This document shows positions 36,800 to 47,970 of a stretch of DNA of 64,000 nt, in pieces. The position numbers were made by a program, and so were the translations under genes. Positions within the stretch are counted from its first letter, which is position 1, and each line of letters begins with the position of its first letter. Source of the stretch: a virus; IMG/VR virus record IMGVR_UViG_3300010346_000998; one strand, given 5' to 3'. Below the pieces are notes generated by a model. That model ran no database searches. It had not been told where the DNA came from and saw only the letters and a program-made list of their open reading frames with translations.

Positions 36800-38446
36800 T
36801 TATGATAATAACCATGTTAAATCCTCTTGAATTTTAGTTCCGTGTTTTTGAGGTCCTATATCCATTGTCCACGAGCTATGCCCCATTTGAGCTTGTCTTA
36901 CCTTATAAAACGGAGTTTGGTCCATGCGGTTTGCAGATATTTTTCCTACTGCTAATTTAGTCAATTCAATGCCTTCTTGTCGAAGACGAAGAGCTGTATC
37001 TCGTACCCAAAGACCAATACATAAAGACATAACTAAGTCATCATTATATCCATCCATTGCAACTGCTTTACCATTTTTCCAGATAAAAGTTTCCATTTCA
37101 GCCAGAGTTCTTTTAGAACGAATTTCAATGGCCATATGTCGCATATAATGTTCCATGTTATCAATGATAAGAGGACGAGTTTTAATATTGGTACTAAATC
37201 CCGGCACTAGTTTTTTATCTTGTGCTGACCAGTTATTATTCAATTGACGCTGTACATCAACATATTTAAGGTCTGCGGAACTATAAAAAGTATTCGAATA
37301 TCCCCGGTCAATGACTTCTTGAATAGTTCCCCATCCTACGTTTTCTCGTTCAATAACTAACAAACAGCTATTATACTCGGTGGCTAATGCTACAAGAAAA
37401 TCACCAAAATCTTTAGTACTAATCTTCCCTTTATATTCCGCAACTTGAACGGGTTTTTCTTTACTAATATCTAAAACATGGCAGGCCGAATAATCTTGAC
37501 TATCTCCCCGGGCTACGTCTGCGGCAATTACATAAGCGTGACTTCTATCTGGATATTCCCATATCCAAAGATTTTTATCCATTCCGCGAATTTCAATCGG
37601 GTCACAAGCTTTATTTTTCTTATAAAATTCAATAATATTGAGGTCTATGATATTATCCCCGCTAGCCAAGAAGTTACAATCATATTCTTGTGATGCATGT
37701 TTTGGATTTCCTATCTTTTCTCCTTCAATTCTTCTCCATTCTTCATCTCGTTCTGGATGTAAATTCCACGGTAAAGAAATGGGGTGAAATCCGTTTTTTC
37801 CCGTTTTATTATATGGGTTCTCGGTTTCGGCCCCTACCCACATTTTATGAAACCAATTGCCAATACCTCGCGGGGTTGAAAGTATAATAGCATTTCCTCC
37901 TGTAGACAGGGTTGGTTGAGCAGAAGTCCAAAGGTCTTCAGCATCATCAATAAGAGCTGCTTCGTCAATAATTAAAAGCGAAAGGGCCTGTCCAACGCCC
38001 GATTTTTTCGTGGTTGATGCCGCCTGGATACGAGACCCGTTAGCAAAACGCATGGATAATCGGTTATCTTCAAGCATTTTGACTTTAAGCCATGATGGTA
38101 GCTCTTTAAAAGCATCTCTTACTTTAGTCAATACATCTTTCGCATCATCTTGTTTTAATGAAATTAATAAAATATTTTTATCATTAAAAAAAAGCATTGT
38201 CCACAGTGAATAAGCAGCTACAAGGGTAGAAATTCCCATTTGGCGAGATTTAAGTATTATATTAAATTGATAATCATGAAAAGCTTGTAAAGTTTCTTCT
38301 TGAAATTTAAATAAATCAAATAAAATTGTTCCGCGAATTGGATGTTTAATTTTAACATATTGTCGCATAAAATATACTGGCGACTCTAAACATTTTTTAT
38401 ACTCCGCTTTAATTAAATCTTGATAAGAAATTTTTTCTTGTTTCAT
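36800..38446 (-). CDS. terL: Terminase large subunit, T4 gp17-like
   Basis: Walker A KSRQMGIST, Walker B LIIDEAA, coupling motif LSTPRG, nuclease AADVARG and NDDLVMSL. Confidence 0.95.
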   Translation of the reverse strand: MKQEKISYQDLIKAEYKKCLESPVYFMRQYVKIKHPIRGTILFDLFKFQEETLQAFHDYQFNIILKSRQMGISTLVAAYSLWTMLFFNDKNILLISLKQDDAKDVLTKVRDAFKELPSWLKVKMLEDNRLSMRFANGSRIQAASTTKKSGVGQALSLLIIDEAALIDDAEDLWTSAQPTLSTGGNAIILSTPRGIGNWFHKMWVGAETENPYNKTGKNGFHPISLPWNLHPERDEEWRRIEGEKIGNPKHASQEYDCNFLASGDNIIDLNIIEFYKKNKACDPIEIRGMDKNLWIWEYPDRSHAYVIAADVARGDSQDYSACHVLDISKEKPVQVAEYKGKISTKDFGDFLVALATEYNSCLLVIERENVGWGTIQEVIDRGYSNTFYSSADLKYVDVQRQLNNNWSAQDKKLVPGFSTNIKTRPLIIDNMEHYMRHMAIEIRSKRTLAEMETFIWKNGKAVAMDGYNDDLVMSLCIGLWVRDTALRLRQEGIELTKLAVGKISANRMDQTPFYKVRQAQMGHSSWTMDIGPQKHGTKIQEDLTWLLS

Positions 38447-39075
38447 AATATTTCTAATTTATATTTTTCACAAGCATTAATATATTTTTCTTTTTGTTCA
38501 TTTTGAATTCTCTTCAGAGCATCTATAAAACGTTCGGCTTGTTTTAAATCTTCATTAGCATTCTCTAAAATTTGGTCGACATTTGTTGTTTTCCATCTTT
38601 CTATAAAACCTTCAGAATTACATAACATAGTTACATCAGTATTTTCGGATTTAAAATAATTAATGGTTTCTTGAATCTTATTTTTCATATCTAACATAGC
38701 TCCCAATTCATTAGAAGCAAGTTTATATTGTTCATATACATTATAAATTCCTAAAACTCTTAATTTAGTTTCATAATTAATAAGACATTCCTCACATAAA
38801 TTCGTTTTTCTATAAAATAATTGGTCTGATTTATTTCCCCATTTTATATTTTGTCCACATTTACATTTTTGCTCTCCTATTGCCGACCGAATTGTATCAG
38901 CAGTTTTATTAACTTTCCTGGGACCATATTTTTCCTGAATCCATTCCTGTCCATTATTATCCGTCCAAGTTTCTCCTATAGTTCTCGGAGCATATTTTTT
39001 CCCCGTGTACCCAACCATTGTTATCGGGCGGACGCCATCTAAATAATCTCGTATTATATCAATATTTTTTTTCAT
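38443..39075 (-). CDS. Hypothetical protein upstream of terminase (Zn-binding, coiled-coil)
   Basis: IGETWTD..GQEW, CKCG...LCEEC; 4-nt overlap with terL. Confidence 0.7.
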   Translation of the reverse strand: MKKNIDIIRDYLDGVRPITMVGYTGKKYAPRTIGETWTDNNGQEWIQEKYGPRKVNKTADTIRSAIGEQKCKCGQNIKWGNKSDQLFYRKTNLCEECLINYETKLRVLGIYNVYEQYKLASNELGAMLDMKNKIQETINYFKSENTDVTMLCNSEGFIERWKTTNVDQILENANEDLKQAERFIDALKRIQNEQKEKYINACEKYKLEIL

Positions 39076-39168
39076 AGCTACATATTCAATTTATTATTTT
39101 TATACATTTGGTTGTTAATATTGTTCTATTTAAAAATATAATTCTAGCATTATAAAAATGCAAAATGA

Positions 39169-41808
39169 TTATAAAAATGTATGCTTTATTCCTGCTTGGT
39201 CCACATAAATTCGGCGGCCATAAACGTGGGGTGCGCTTCCACTATAACGTACTGCTATTGAACGCCCTATATGCTGACCATCGCTTTCTTCAGTAACTAC
39301 ATTAATATAATCTTTAGTTAAAACATTTGCATTAGTTGAAACAAGAGATATGTTAGAAATATTAGTAGCAGCAACAATTCCAGTTCCAGTATTAATTCCA
39401 AGTATTCGATTTGTATATCCACTTCCAATATTCGAAATTTTAAGATTTCCACCAATTGTAAAATCTTGTATGGCATAGGTAGGAATTCCTTCTGAACTAA
39501 TTACACCCGTTTCTCCTCTTGAATCAAAGGTTTGCATTGCTTCAAGACCCGAATAAACTGTTACTGCTGAATTATCATACAACTCAGCTTTAAATTGAAC
39601 CCCTTCGTTTGCCATGTGAACGGAAAATGGAATTCGACAAACATATGTATCGGGTGAAAACGCATAATCTCCATATATTTTTAAAGATAATCCTGATACT
39701 ATAAAATCAGAATGATACGGTACTATTACCAATGTTCCAAAATAATCTTCTTTAGGTGTAAAAAATAACAATTGATTTTCAAATACTGTCATAGATTCAT
39801 TTATATCTGAAAATAACTCTCCAATTTTTAAACCATATTGTTTTGAATATGCCGGCTCTCCTATAATTGAGGGCGTAGAACTAGTAAAATAAAACGATAC
39901 TTTTGCTTCTGTATCAGACGAAGAATTTAAAAGTCTAGCATAAGGAACCGATAATACATAAAGTGTATCTTTATACAAATGTAATGGATTGGATGAATAA
40001 CTTGACCCAGAAAGATTGCGATGGCACTCTTTATCAAAGGGATAATAATTTGAATCATTGACTACTCCCGGCGCGGCGGTTTTCATAATTACATATTGAT
40101 TTCCGTCGGATAAAGAATAATCATTAACCGAAGATATAATCATTGCATCGGGAATATTTGTATATTTAAGAACATTTAAAAAATCAGAATTATTTTGAAT
40201 CCAATATTTTTTAATTTGTTGTTGACTATAAAACCCGCCAATATATTGAGATGCTTTTGAAGCCAGAGGGTCCATTAACATTTCCTTATTGGATATTTCT
40301 TCATCTATAATTACTTCCCACTGAGGCGGAGAATAAATTAAACTATTCATGAATAACTTATGTCGGCTAACAAATCCAGAAAAAGTAGTAAGGTTTCTAT
40401 ATACTATTTCCGCATAAGAAGTAGCTAAAGAAGCTGTAGTAGTAATTGATGGTGTTGGTGTTGTAGGGGTATCTTTTACTTCATACCACGCCCACATAAT
40501 ATCAGCAATAGGATATTGGCCAGGTTTACCTTGATATTTTGTAAAAGGCATAGTTGTTTGAAGAGTTCCAGTATCTAAAACTTTTTTAATTGTAAATGAC
40601 TGTGTAGATGAATATGGTATGTGAATCTCGCCGCCGGGTTCATATCTTAGATAAGTTGTATGAAGCTCTATTATTTTTCCATTCATAGAACTATCAAAAA
40701 GCTTAGCCCATTGTGGAGCAATATAAACTCGATAATCTAAAGTATTATAATCAAAATTATTTGGGATGACCGACCCAAGAGGAGGCGTAACTGCGCCTGT
40801 ACCACAATAACCTTGTGCTAATACCGACCCGCTTGCTTTAGCCTGATAATTAGAACGTATATTATCATCTATAAATACATATGTCGCTTTAAATCTTCCT
40901 AAACATTCTCGCACTACTTCTCCATTAAGCGGGCTTATTACATTTCTGTCTAATTTTAACTTATTATATTGCTGAATTTGAGATACTTTGAAAGATTGAG
41001 TAGAATTTACTTCTATTTTCTCCCCAAATGTTCCTGCAACTTGAGATTTAGTACTTATATGAGTAATATATAACTCTATATTTTGACCAACCATTTGAGA
41101 ATTAAATGAAGCCGTAGGATATAATAGGGGGTCGAGTGTAAAATCGTCGGTTTGAATAGTATAATATGTTCCTCCTCGAGTAACTGATTTACCCATTAAA
41201 TAATCTCGTCCCACAAAATTTCCAGTTATTGTAACCAAATGAGACGTTCCTTCTTGTGAAGACCCATAATCAGTTGAGCCAGATACAACAGGATAAATTA
41301 ATGAATTAATTTCTAATGTAGGCTCTTTATAAAAACGAACTCGAGACAAATTGGTCGAAGCTATATCAATGTATATGTTTCCAATCCACCTGACAATTTC
41401 ATCTTTAACTGTCGTACCAACAAGAATAATTTTTCCCGGGCCTCCTACCGTTTCTTTATTTATATGAATGGCTGTAGTAAAATTTGCTAAATCAATATAA
41501 TGAATTTCCATCGGAGGAGAATCAATATACAAGGAATTTCTTTCACTATCAAGAACTTGCATTTTAATTTCAGTTCCATCTTTAAGAAAGTCCGTGCCAT
41601 TGAAAGAAAAAGAATTTTTTCCAGCAGTAAAAGAAGGACTAAACTCTACCACTTGAAAATATTTGGATAAATGAGATTTATCTTCTATATCTACTTGAAT
41701 TTCATCAAGGTCAGGAGTAGGTACATTAAGACGGGCAAATACCTTCTCACTAGGATTAAAATTTGTTTTGCCTCGTTTACCAAAACCTGTAAGTAATTGT
41801 TTTGCCAT
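39169..41808 (-). CDS. Large putative virion structural protein
   Basis: 879 aa, beta-rich Ser/Thr/Tyr composition; no enzymatic motif recognised. Confidence 0.55.
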   Translation of the reverse strand: MAKQLLTGFGKRGKTNFNPSEKVFARLNVPTPDLDEIQVDIEDKSHLSKYFQVVEFSPSFTAGKNSFSFNGTDFLKDGTEIKMQVLDSERNSLYIDSPPMEIHYIDLANFTTAIHINKETVGGPGKIILVGTTVKDEIVRWIGNIYIDIASTNLSRVRFYKEPTLEINSLIYPVVSGSTDYGSSQEGTSHLVTITGNFVGRDYLMGKSVTRGGTYYTIQTDDFTLDPLLYPTASFNSQMVGQNIELYITHISTKSQVAGTFGEKIEVNSTQSFKVSQIQQYNKLKLDRNVISPLNGEVVRECLGRFKATYVFIDDNIRSNYQAKASGSVLAQGYCGTGAVTPPLGSVIPNNFDYNTLDYRVYIAPQWAKLFDSSMNGKIIELHTTYLRYEPGGEIHIPYSSTQSFTIKKVLDTGTLQTTMPFTKYQGKPGQYPIADIMWAWYEVKDTPTTPTPSITTTASLATSYAEIVYRNLTTFSGFVSRHKLFMNSLIYSPPQWEVIIDEEISNKEMLMDPLASKASQYIGGFYSQQQIKKYWIQNNSDFLNVLKYTNIPDAMIISSVNDYSLSDGNQYVIMKTAAPGVVNDSNYYPFDKECHRNLSGSSYSSNPLHLYKDTLYVLSVPYARLLNSSSDTEAKVSFYFTSSTPSIIGEPAYSKQYGLKIGELFSDINESMTVFENQLLFFTPKEDYFGTLVIVPYHSDFIVSGLSLKIYGDYAFSPDTYVCRIPFSVHMANEGVQFKAELYDNSAVTVYSGLEAMQTFDSRGETGVISSEGIPTYAIQDFTIGGNLKISNIGSGYTNRILGINTGTGIVAATNISNISLVSTNANVLTKDYINVVTEESDGQHIGRSIAVRYSGSAPHVYGRRIYVDQAGIKHTFL

Positions 41809-41868
41809 AAAAAGAAGTTAAAAATACAATAATACATATCTTTTTACTTTTAATTTACATGTAAGAAG

Positions 41869-43068
41869 TTAAAGAATTTGTGCTTTTTGAAGAGATTCTT
41901 GTAAATGAACTTCATTTTTATAGAACATGCCTTTATGTAATATCCATAAATATTCTTTGGTTTTAAGAGGTCGAAATCGAAGATTTCTTGATGCGCGAAA
42001 TGTATTATATTCTTTAAATGCCAATTCAACGGTCCCGAATTGTTTTAATAATTTTGAAAAATCAAGGGCGGGAATAATGCCTTCATTATTATATGAAATA
42101 AAAATTATATTTGCCTTAGTATTTTTAATTAAAGATTCCATCGCTATTTCAGCATTTCCTCGTTTATTATACGCCGACCGATTCCAATTGACAGGAATTC
42201 CACTTACTTTACTAATAATTGCTGGTTCCTTATAATCATTAATAACATTTAACATAAAATAATTAGAACCATATGGATGTTGATTATATGGCGGGTCATA
42301 ATATGCTAAATCAACATGAGGCAAAAGTTTTATTAAATCGTTAATATCTTCATTATAAATTTTAACTTCACATGGAGTATCTGAAAAAATAGGAACTTCT
42401 AGCTCAATTTCTTGACATATTCGCCGAAGCGCATTTTTACCTTCGCCTCCAAATTGGCCAATTCCTTTTTTATTTTTATAAAATCCTTTAAATACTCCTG
42501 ATGTATTGACATGAATACTCGCCTCAATAAGCAATGGTGCTAGAAGATATGGCTTTAATTTTAATGAATATTTTTCAATTTGTTGACGAATATTATCTAT
42601 AATTTTGGCATTGTTAATTGTATAAAAGACTCGTTCTCCGCGCTGAATATTTTTATCATTTTTAGGAGCATAAAATTTTTGTATTATTCCTTCTGAATAT
42701 ACAGTGGAATTAAATTTATTACGATTAAGAATTTTTATTTGTTTTGATATTTCACTAAAATCTATTTCGGATAAACGACTTAAATAACATTCATTAATGG
42801 TTTTAACATATGGTTCAAGGTCATTAGTATAAAGAGTAGTTGAATATTCTCTTAATAAGCGGGAAACAACACCGCTTCCACTGAATCCATCTAAGCTTGT
42901 TATTCGGTCTTTCCCGAGGATATGTCTTGCTTTATCAATATTTTCTTTTAAAAAAGATAATAAAGACCGTTTATTTCCAAGATAAGTTATTAAATGAGAA
43001 GTAAAATATGCAGAAGTAATATCTATATCCTTTTTTTCCCATTGTTTAAGTGTATTGAATAAAATCAT
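41869..43068 (-). CDS. DNA adenine methyltransferase (D12 class)
   Basis: YLGNKRSL, LDGFSGSGVVS and YYDPPYNQHPY. Confidence 0.9.
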   Translation of the reverse strand: MILFNTLKQWEKKDIDITSAYFTSHLITYLGNKRSLLSFLKENIDKARHILGKDRITSLDGFSGSGVVSRLLREYSTTLYTNDLEPYVKTINECYLSRLSEIDFSEISKQIKILNRNKFNSTVYSEGIIQKFYAPKNDKNIQRGERVFYTINNAKIIDNIRQQIEKYSLKLKPYLLAPLLIEASIHVNTSGVFKGFYKNKKGIGQFGGEGKNALRRICQEIELEVPIFSDTPCEVKIYNEDINDLIKLLPHVDLAYYDPPYNQHPYGSNYFMLNVINDYKEPAIISKVSGIPVNWNRSAYNKRGNAEIAMESLIKNTKANIIFISYNNEGIIPALDFSKLLKQFGTVELAFKEYNTFRASRNLRFRPLKTKEYLWILHKGMFYKNEVHLQESLQKAQIL

Positions 43069-43922
43069 GAATAAGAATTTATATTATCGAGAAAAATAAA
43101 TCCGTTCTTCTCATATCGGATAGGATAATTTATTGCTTTTTCAACTCCTTTAAGACGTTCATTGGCAATGTCGCAATATTCTTTACTAAGCTCGCTTCCA
43201 AACCATTTACGACCATGTATAATAGACATTTTGGCTGTGGTCCCGCTCCCTATAAATGGGTCATAAACAATATCATCCGGCTTAGTCCATGTTAAAATAT
43301 GTCTTTCGGCAAGCTCTTCAGGAAAAATGGCGGGGTGTTTAAATGCTATTTTATCTTTGGTAGATTTAAACATACCATTTTGTATTCGCCAAATATTATT
43401 TTCAATACCCAATTCATTTATAGCTTTTCCATTGAATCCGGGGACCATAGACCCATCCGTTTGTCTAAATTTTCGACTGTGTCGAATTGCTCCGGCTGTT
43501 ACATTCTTTTTTAACAGGGGACAAAAAGTATTTGGTTTTTGTCCTTTAGTAAAAACAAACATATATTCAAAAGATTGATTATACCGATGCCGAGAAGGAA
43601 ATGGGGTTCCTGTTTTTTGATAAATCATGGTATCATATAAATTAACTCCCAAGCTCATGAAATATAATGCTTGACGAAAACTAGTACCAGTTTCTGAACC
43701 TTTTATTGTAGCATCTCCCACAACCCACACTATAACTCCACCGGGTTTTAAAATTCGAACAAGTTCTTTTGCAATATTTTCAAATGGAAAAGAATATCCT
43801 TTATACGAACGAAGGTCATCATAAGGAGGTGAGGTTAAAATTAAATCTACTATTGGAGTATCAATAACAGACATTGTATTTAAACAATTTTCGTTGTGAA
43901 TTTTACCAATAAGGTTTAACAT
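43065..43922 (-). CDS. DNA methyltransferase, beta class (N4-C/N6-A)
   Basis: LILTSPPY, HPAIFPEEL and VYDPFIGSGTT. Confidence 0.92.
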   Translation of the reverse strand: MLNLIGKIHNENCLNTMSVIDTPIVDLILTSPPYDDLRSYKGYSFPFENIAKELVRILKPGGVIVWVVGDATIKGSETGTSFRQALYFMSLGVNLYDTMIYQKTGTPFPSRHRYNQSFEYMFVFTKGQKPNTFCPLLKKNVTAGAIRHSRKFRQTDGSMVPGFNGKAINELGIENNIWRIQNGMFKSTKDKIAFKHPAIFPEELAERHILTWTKPDDIVYDPFIGSGTTAKMSIIHGRKWFGSELSKEYCDIANERLKGVEKAINYPIRYEKNGFIFLDNINSYS

Positions 43923-44767
43923 ATTTTTAATCGTTGTTTCGCTATACTACAATATTCTTTGGAACAATCTATTCCAATATAATTTCTATTTAAATTTTTA
44001 GCAGCTACACATGTTGTTCCTGTACCATTAAATGGGTCGAGCACAATATCATTTTTAAACGAAAACAATTTTATAACTCGTGTGGCTAATTCTTCGGGAA
44101 ACATGGCAGGATGTCCAAATTCTTTCATTTTTCGTTCTGGCCCTATATTCCACTTAGCTACCGTCCATTTTTTAAATTCTTCTCCACTAATATCGCTGTT
44201 ATCTTTTTTTCCCTCTTTTTTTAAATTTCCCTTACAAAAAATTTCAATAAATTCCCACGTATATTTAAGATACGGATTAGAAGGACTTTTCCAACTACCC
44301 CACGCAGTATATTTACAATTGTAATTATTTTTTTCCCATAAAATTTCTCCTTTCCATATAAGTTTTTTTCCCATTAAATAATTACTAATAATATGATGAG
44401 TAGGAATATAATCCGAAAAAAGAGGCTGAATATTTATAATAAGTCTCCCCCCATATTTTAAAATACGAATGCATTCATCTAAAATTTTAAAGAGTTTAGT
44501 ATAATAATCTTCCCATTTTTTAGCATCCGATTTGTTATTTTTATATTCGAGTCCAAAATTATATGGGGGAGATGTAAATACCAAATCAATAGTATTAGAT
44601 GGTATTTTTGTTAATACTTGTTCACTATCTCCGCAAATAATCTTATTAAGAAATATAGTAGGACATTCTATATTATTACGAGAAAAACATTCCCCTTCTG
44701 TATAATAAAATCGCCCTCTATATTTTTCTTTTAATTTTCGATTAATTACTTTCCGTTCAATTATCAT
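43916..44767 (-). CDS. DNA methyltransferase, beta class (N4-C/N6-A)
   Basis: VFTSPPYN, HPAMFPEEL and VLDPFNGTGTT. Confidence 0.92.
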   Translation of the reverse strand: MIIERKVINRKLKEKYRGRFYYTEGECFSRNNIECPTIFLNKIICGDSEQVLTKIPSNTIDLVFTSPPYNFGLEYKNNKSDAKKWEDYYTKLFKILDECIRILKYGGRLIINIQPLFSDYIPTHHIISNYLMGKKLIWKGEILWEKNNYNCKYTAWGSWKSPSNPYLKYTWEFIEIFCKGNLKKEGKKDNSDISGEEFKKWTVAKWNIGPERKMKEFGHPAMFPEELATRVIKLFSFKNDIVLDPFNGTGTTCVAAKNLNRNYIGIDCSKEYCSIAKQRLKIC

Positions 44768-47700
44768 TCAAATATTAATTTACTAAAATTGCCTTCTTTA
44801 GTTATTTCTATTTGTTTATCAACAGCATCTTTCAATGCATCAAGATGAGAAATAATTAAAATAAAATCAAAATTATTTTTCAAAAACTGGAACAAAGAAA
44901 ACATAGAAGACAAATTATCTGAATCAAGAGTTCCAAACCCTTCATCTAATGCACAGAAATTACATTTGGGAAGGTTTGAAAAATTAGTTAGAGCTACTCG
45001 TATGGCTACGCTTGCTACAAATCGTTCAAATCCAGAAGTTAATTCTATTGGCCAACGTCCATGTTCATACACAACATAGGGAATTACATTTTTGCCATCA
45101 GTTTCAAATTGTATAGTATAATCTGCAACTTGACTTAGAATAGAGTTTACTTCCTTTTCAATTTCAGGAACCGTATTGCAAATAACTTGATATGGAATAC
45201 CATCTCGCCCCACCGCCGTAAAATAATGTTGATAAGATTCCGATTCCAATTCTAAGGCAGCTACTTCTTTAATAGTTTCTTTAATTCTTTTAACATTTGA
45301 TTTGAACAATTCTCTCTTACCAGAAATTTCCATTAGTTTCTGTTGTTGAGCTTGAAATTGAACATTTATCTTATCTATCATATTACGTAAATCATTAATT
45401 CTTGATTGAATTTTTGTATTATGTTCTACTGCCGCTTTATTTTGATGATAAATTTCAATTTGTTGATTAATATTCTTAAGAGCAATATCAAGACGTTCAA
45501 GCTCATTAGTTATAACAATAATATTTTTACTTAATTTATCACAAGTATCTTTAATGATTCCGCGTTTATTTAATAATTTAGTATAAGTCTCGTAAGATTT
45601 TTCTACCCATGCTATTTTTTCAAACTCAGAATTTAATACTTTTAAATTTTCAATCATTTGTTCGGCTTCTTTTTTATCATCTTCTAATTCTCGTTTGGCT
45701 TTAGTGGCATCTTTAACAAATGCATTATTAACACAGTACTTACAATTGGGGTCATATTCATGTTTATCAAGACGCGCTACTTTTTCAAGCTTAACTTTCA
45801 CTTCAGCCTTTTTAAGCTCTATCTTTTGTTTTTCCGAAGAAATTTTATTAGAAATTTCTCTGTATTTTTTAAGAGATTGTTCAAGGTCTTGTTTTTCTAA
45901 TGCAATAATTTCGGCATTCACTAAATCTAATTGTTTTTCTTGGTCTTTATTAGACTTTTGAATTTCTATAATATCTTGATTTTTAGATTTAATGGTTTTT
46001 TCGGTTTTTTCTCGCTGTAATTCTAATATTGTAAGGTCCGATGGAACGCTTGTATCTAATTTGATAAAATTAGAAGTAGCTGCTACAATTTGCTCATTAA
46101 ATCTATCAATTTGTTTTTTTAAATTTTCAGATTGCTGATTAGCAGAAGCAAATAGTTCTTCAGCATGAGTCAGCGCAGATTCATTCTGTTGCAATTCAAT
46201 CTGATAATTTTTATCCTTATGAGTTTTAAGAATTGCTATTAGCTCTTTATTACGTTCGCCCGCCGATTCGTGAAGCCGGTCAAATATATTAAGTCCAATA
46301 AATTGAACAAGCAAATCTTTGCGTTCACTATTGGTCATATCAATGAATGACGTTAGGTTTTTGGCATTTTGAAATGATGCTGCTGTAATAATGAAATCTT
46401 CATAGGTTCCAATGTAATCACGAATAATATCATTGGTATCTCTCCTCGCAGTTCCCTGTAAATCTTCCTCTACTCCATTAACAACTTTCCAGAATCTTAC
46501 ATCAACCCGTACATTACCCGAACGGGTTAATGTCCCCTTCCTTTCAATGAAATAACGTACATCCGAAATTTCAAACTCCATTTTACAGCGGAAAGATTCT
46601 TTTTGAACATTAAGAACATGCAATCCTTTATATCCACGGTCGAACTTATCAAATAAGCAGAATATGATAGATGACAAAATACTCGATTTTCCGCAGCGGT
46701 TTGGACCAAAAATGCCATAAACTCCGTTCATATCCGTAAAATCAATAACATTTCCTTCTCCATAAGAAAACATATTATCCCATTCAAATCGAATAGGTTT
46801 CCATTTTAAATTACGAGAAAATTCATCTCGTTTAATAAGCTGATTAATATCCCGGTTAATTTTAAAAATAGAATCAATTTTTGATTGGTCTGTTATTTCT
46901 AATTTCTTATTTAAAAATTCTGCCAATAATTTTTCTTGATAATCAATATTTGATAAATCAGTAAGAACTATATCTTTACAAAGAGGAATAACATCTTTTT
47001 TATCTCTTTCTTGGTCCATTCGAACATAAGAAGTTTCAATGACCTGAGATTTCAGTTTAATATCAGATAAAACCTTTTTTATATCTGAAATAATGCTTTC
47101 ATAGCTTTTTATACGAAGACGAACATTTTTTGGTAAATCAGTTAAATCAGTAATTAATTCTCCTTTTTTAACTTCAACTGTAAAATAACCATAATTGTTT
47201 GGTATTTCTATAAATTTATAAGTTCTCGTTTGTAAATCCCATAAAGAAACCCCATGCTCCCGCAAGCTTTCTCCGTGATTTTGTTGTAACAAACTTCCCA
47301 CATAATGAATACATGGCTTGAAATTGTCGGGGTCATAATTTTGCATGTTTTGATGTTTATGTATATCTCCTAACATTGCAATATCATGATGGTCAAACAA
47401 AGAATTATTGATGGCAGGATTGTTAATTGAATATCCCGTTTCAAGAGACGCCTTATCTACGGCTCCATGAAATAAAGCAATGATATGTTCATATTGATTT
47501 TTATAAATCGCCGGAATATTTTTTCCCAAAATGTAATTCGAAGGAGTATCAAATACCCCCATATTATTAAATAAAACATTTCGAATTCCATATAATCCTG
47601 TAGTTTTCAAATAAAACAAATTGGGATGATTAAGAGCATCAACGATGGGAGTCAAACTATCTAATCTGGATTTATTTGATAGAGTAGCATCGTGATTTCC

Positions 47701-47970
47701 CGCAACAAGAATTAAAGGTCTTAAATTAGCAATATTTTTAAATAGATTGGATGCCATTTCTACACTCTCGGGAGATAAGTCACTTTTCGAGTGAAATACA
47801 TCTCCAACGAGAACCACAATTGTAGATGCAGGAGTCTTCTCTATTTCTTTATATAGCTTAGAAAATACTTCTTTAAATTCATCATGCCGTTTAGTTAAAC
47901 GAATATGAATATCTGCTATTTGTAATACATGAGTAAACTTTTCAATGTTTGTTTTAAGAATATGTATCAT
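44764..47970 (-). CDS. Fused SbcD/Mre11 (gp47-like) nuclease and SbcC/Rad50 (gp46-like) ATPase
   Basis: Phosphoesterase motifs ADIH, GDVFH, GNHD and GDIH; Walker A GPNRCGKS; Zn hook CKYC; signature TSGFE; LDEGFGTLD; ISH. Confidence 0.92.
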   Translation of the reverse strand: MIHILKTNIEKFTHVLQIADIHIRLTKRHDEFKEVFSKLYKEIEKTPASTIVVLVGDVFHSKSDLSPESVEMASNLFKNIANLRPLILVAGNHDATLSNKSRLDSLTPIVDALNHPNLFYLKTTGLYGIRNVLFNNMGVFDTPSNYILGKNIPAIYKNQYEHIIALFHGAVDKASLETGYSINNPAINNSLFDHHDIAMLGDIHKHQNMQNYDPDNFKPCIHYVGSLLQQNHGESLREHGVSLWDLQTRTYKFIEIPNNYGYFTVEVKKGELITDLTDLPKNVRLRIKSYESIISDIKKVLSDIKLKSQVIETSYVRMDQERDKKDVIPLCKDIVLTDLSNIDYQEKLLAEFLNKKLEITDQSKIDSIFKINRDINQLIKRDEFSRNLKWKPIRFEWDNMFSYGEGNVIDFTDMNGVYGIFGPNRCGKSSILSSIIFCLFDKFDRGYKGLHVLNVQKESFRCKMEFEISDVRYFIERKGTLTRSGNVRVDVRFWKVVNGVEEDLQGTARRDTNDIIRDYIGTYEDFIITAASFQNAKNLTSFIDMTNSERKDLLVQFIGLNIFDRLHESAGERNKELIAILKTHKDKNYQIELQQNESALTHAEELFASANQQSENLKKQIDRFNEQIVAATSNFIKLDTSVPSDLTILELQREKTEKTIKSKNQDIIEIQKSNKDQEKQLDLVNAEIIALEKQDLEQSLKKYREISNKISSEKQKIELKKAEVKVKLEKVARLDKHEYDPNCKYCVNNAFVKDATKAKRELEDDKKEAEQMIENLKVLNSEFEKIAWVEKSYETYTKLLNKRGIIKDTCDKLSKNIIVITNELERLDIALKNINQQIEIYHQNKAAVEHNTKIQSRINDLRNMIDKINVQFQAQQQKLMEISGKRELFKSNVKRIKETIKEVAALELESESYQHYFTAVGRDGIPYQVICNTVPEIEKEVNSILSQVADYTIQFETDGKNVIPYVVYEHGRWPIELTSGFERFVASVAIRVALTNFSNLPKCNFCALDEGFGTLDSDNLSSMFSLFQFLKNNFDFILIISHLDALKDAVDKQIEITKEGNFSKLIFE

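Noticed and set aside
38443-39075. Small terminase subunit
   Set aside because: Position is suggestive, but no gp16-like motif was recognised; left as hypothetical
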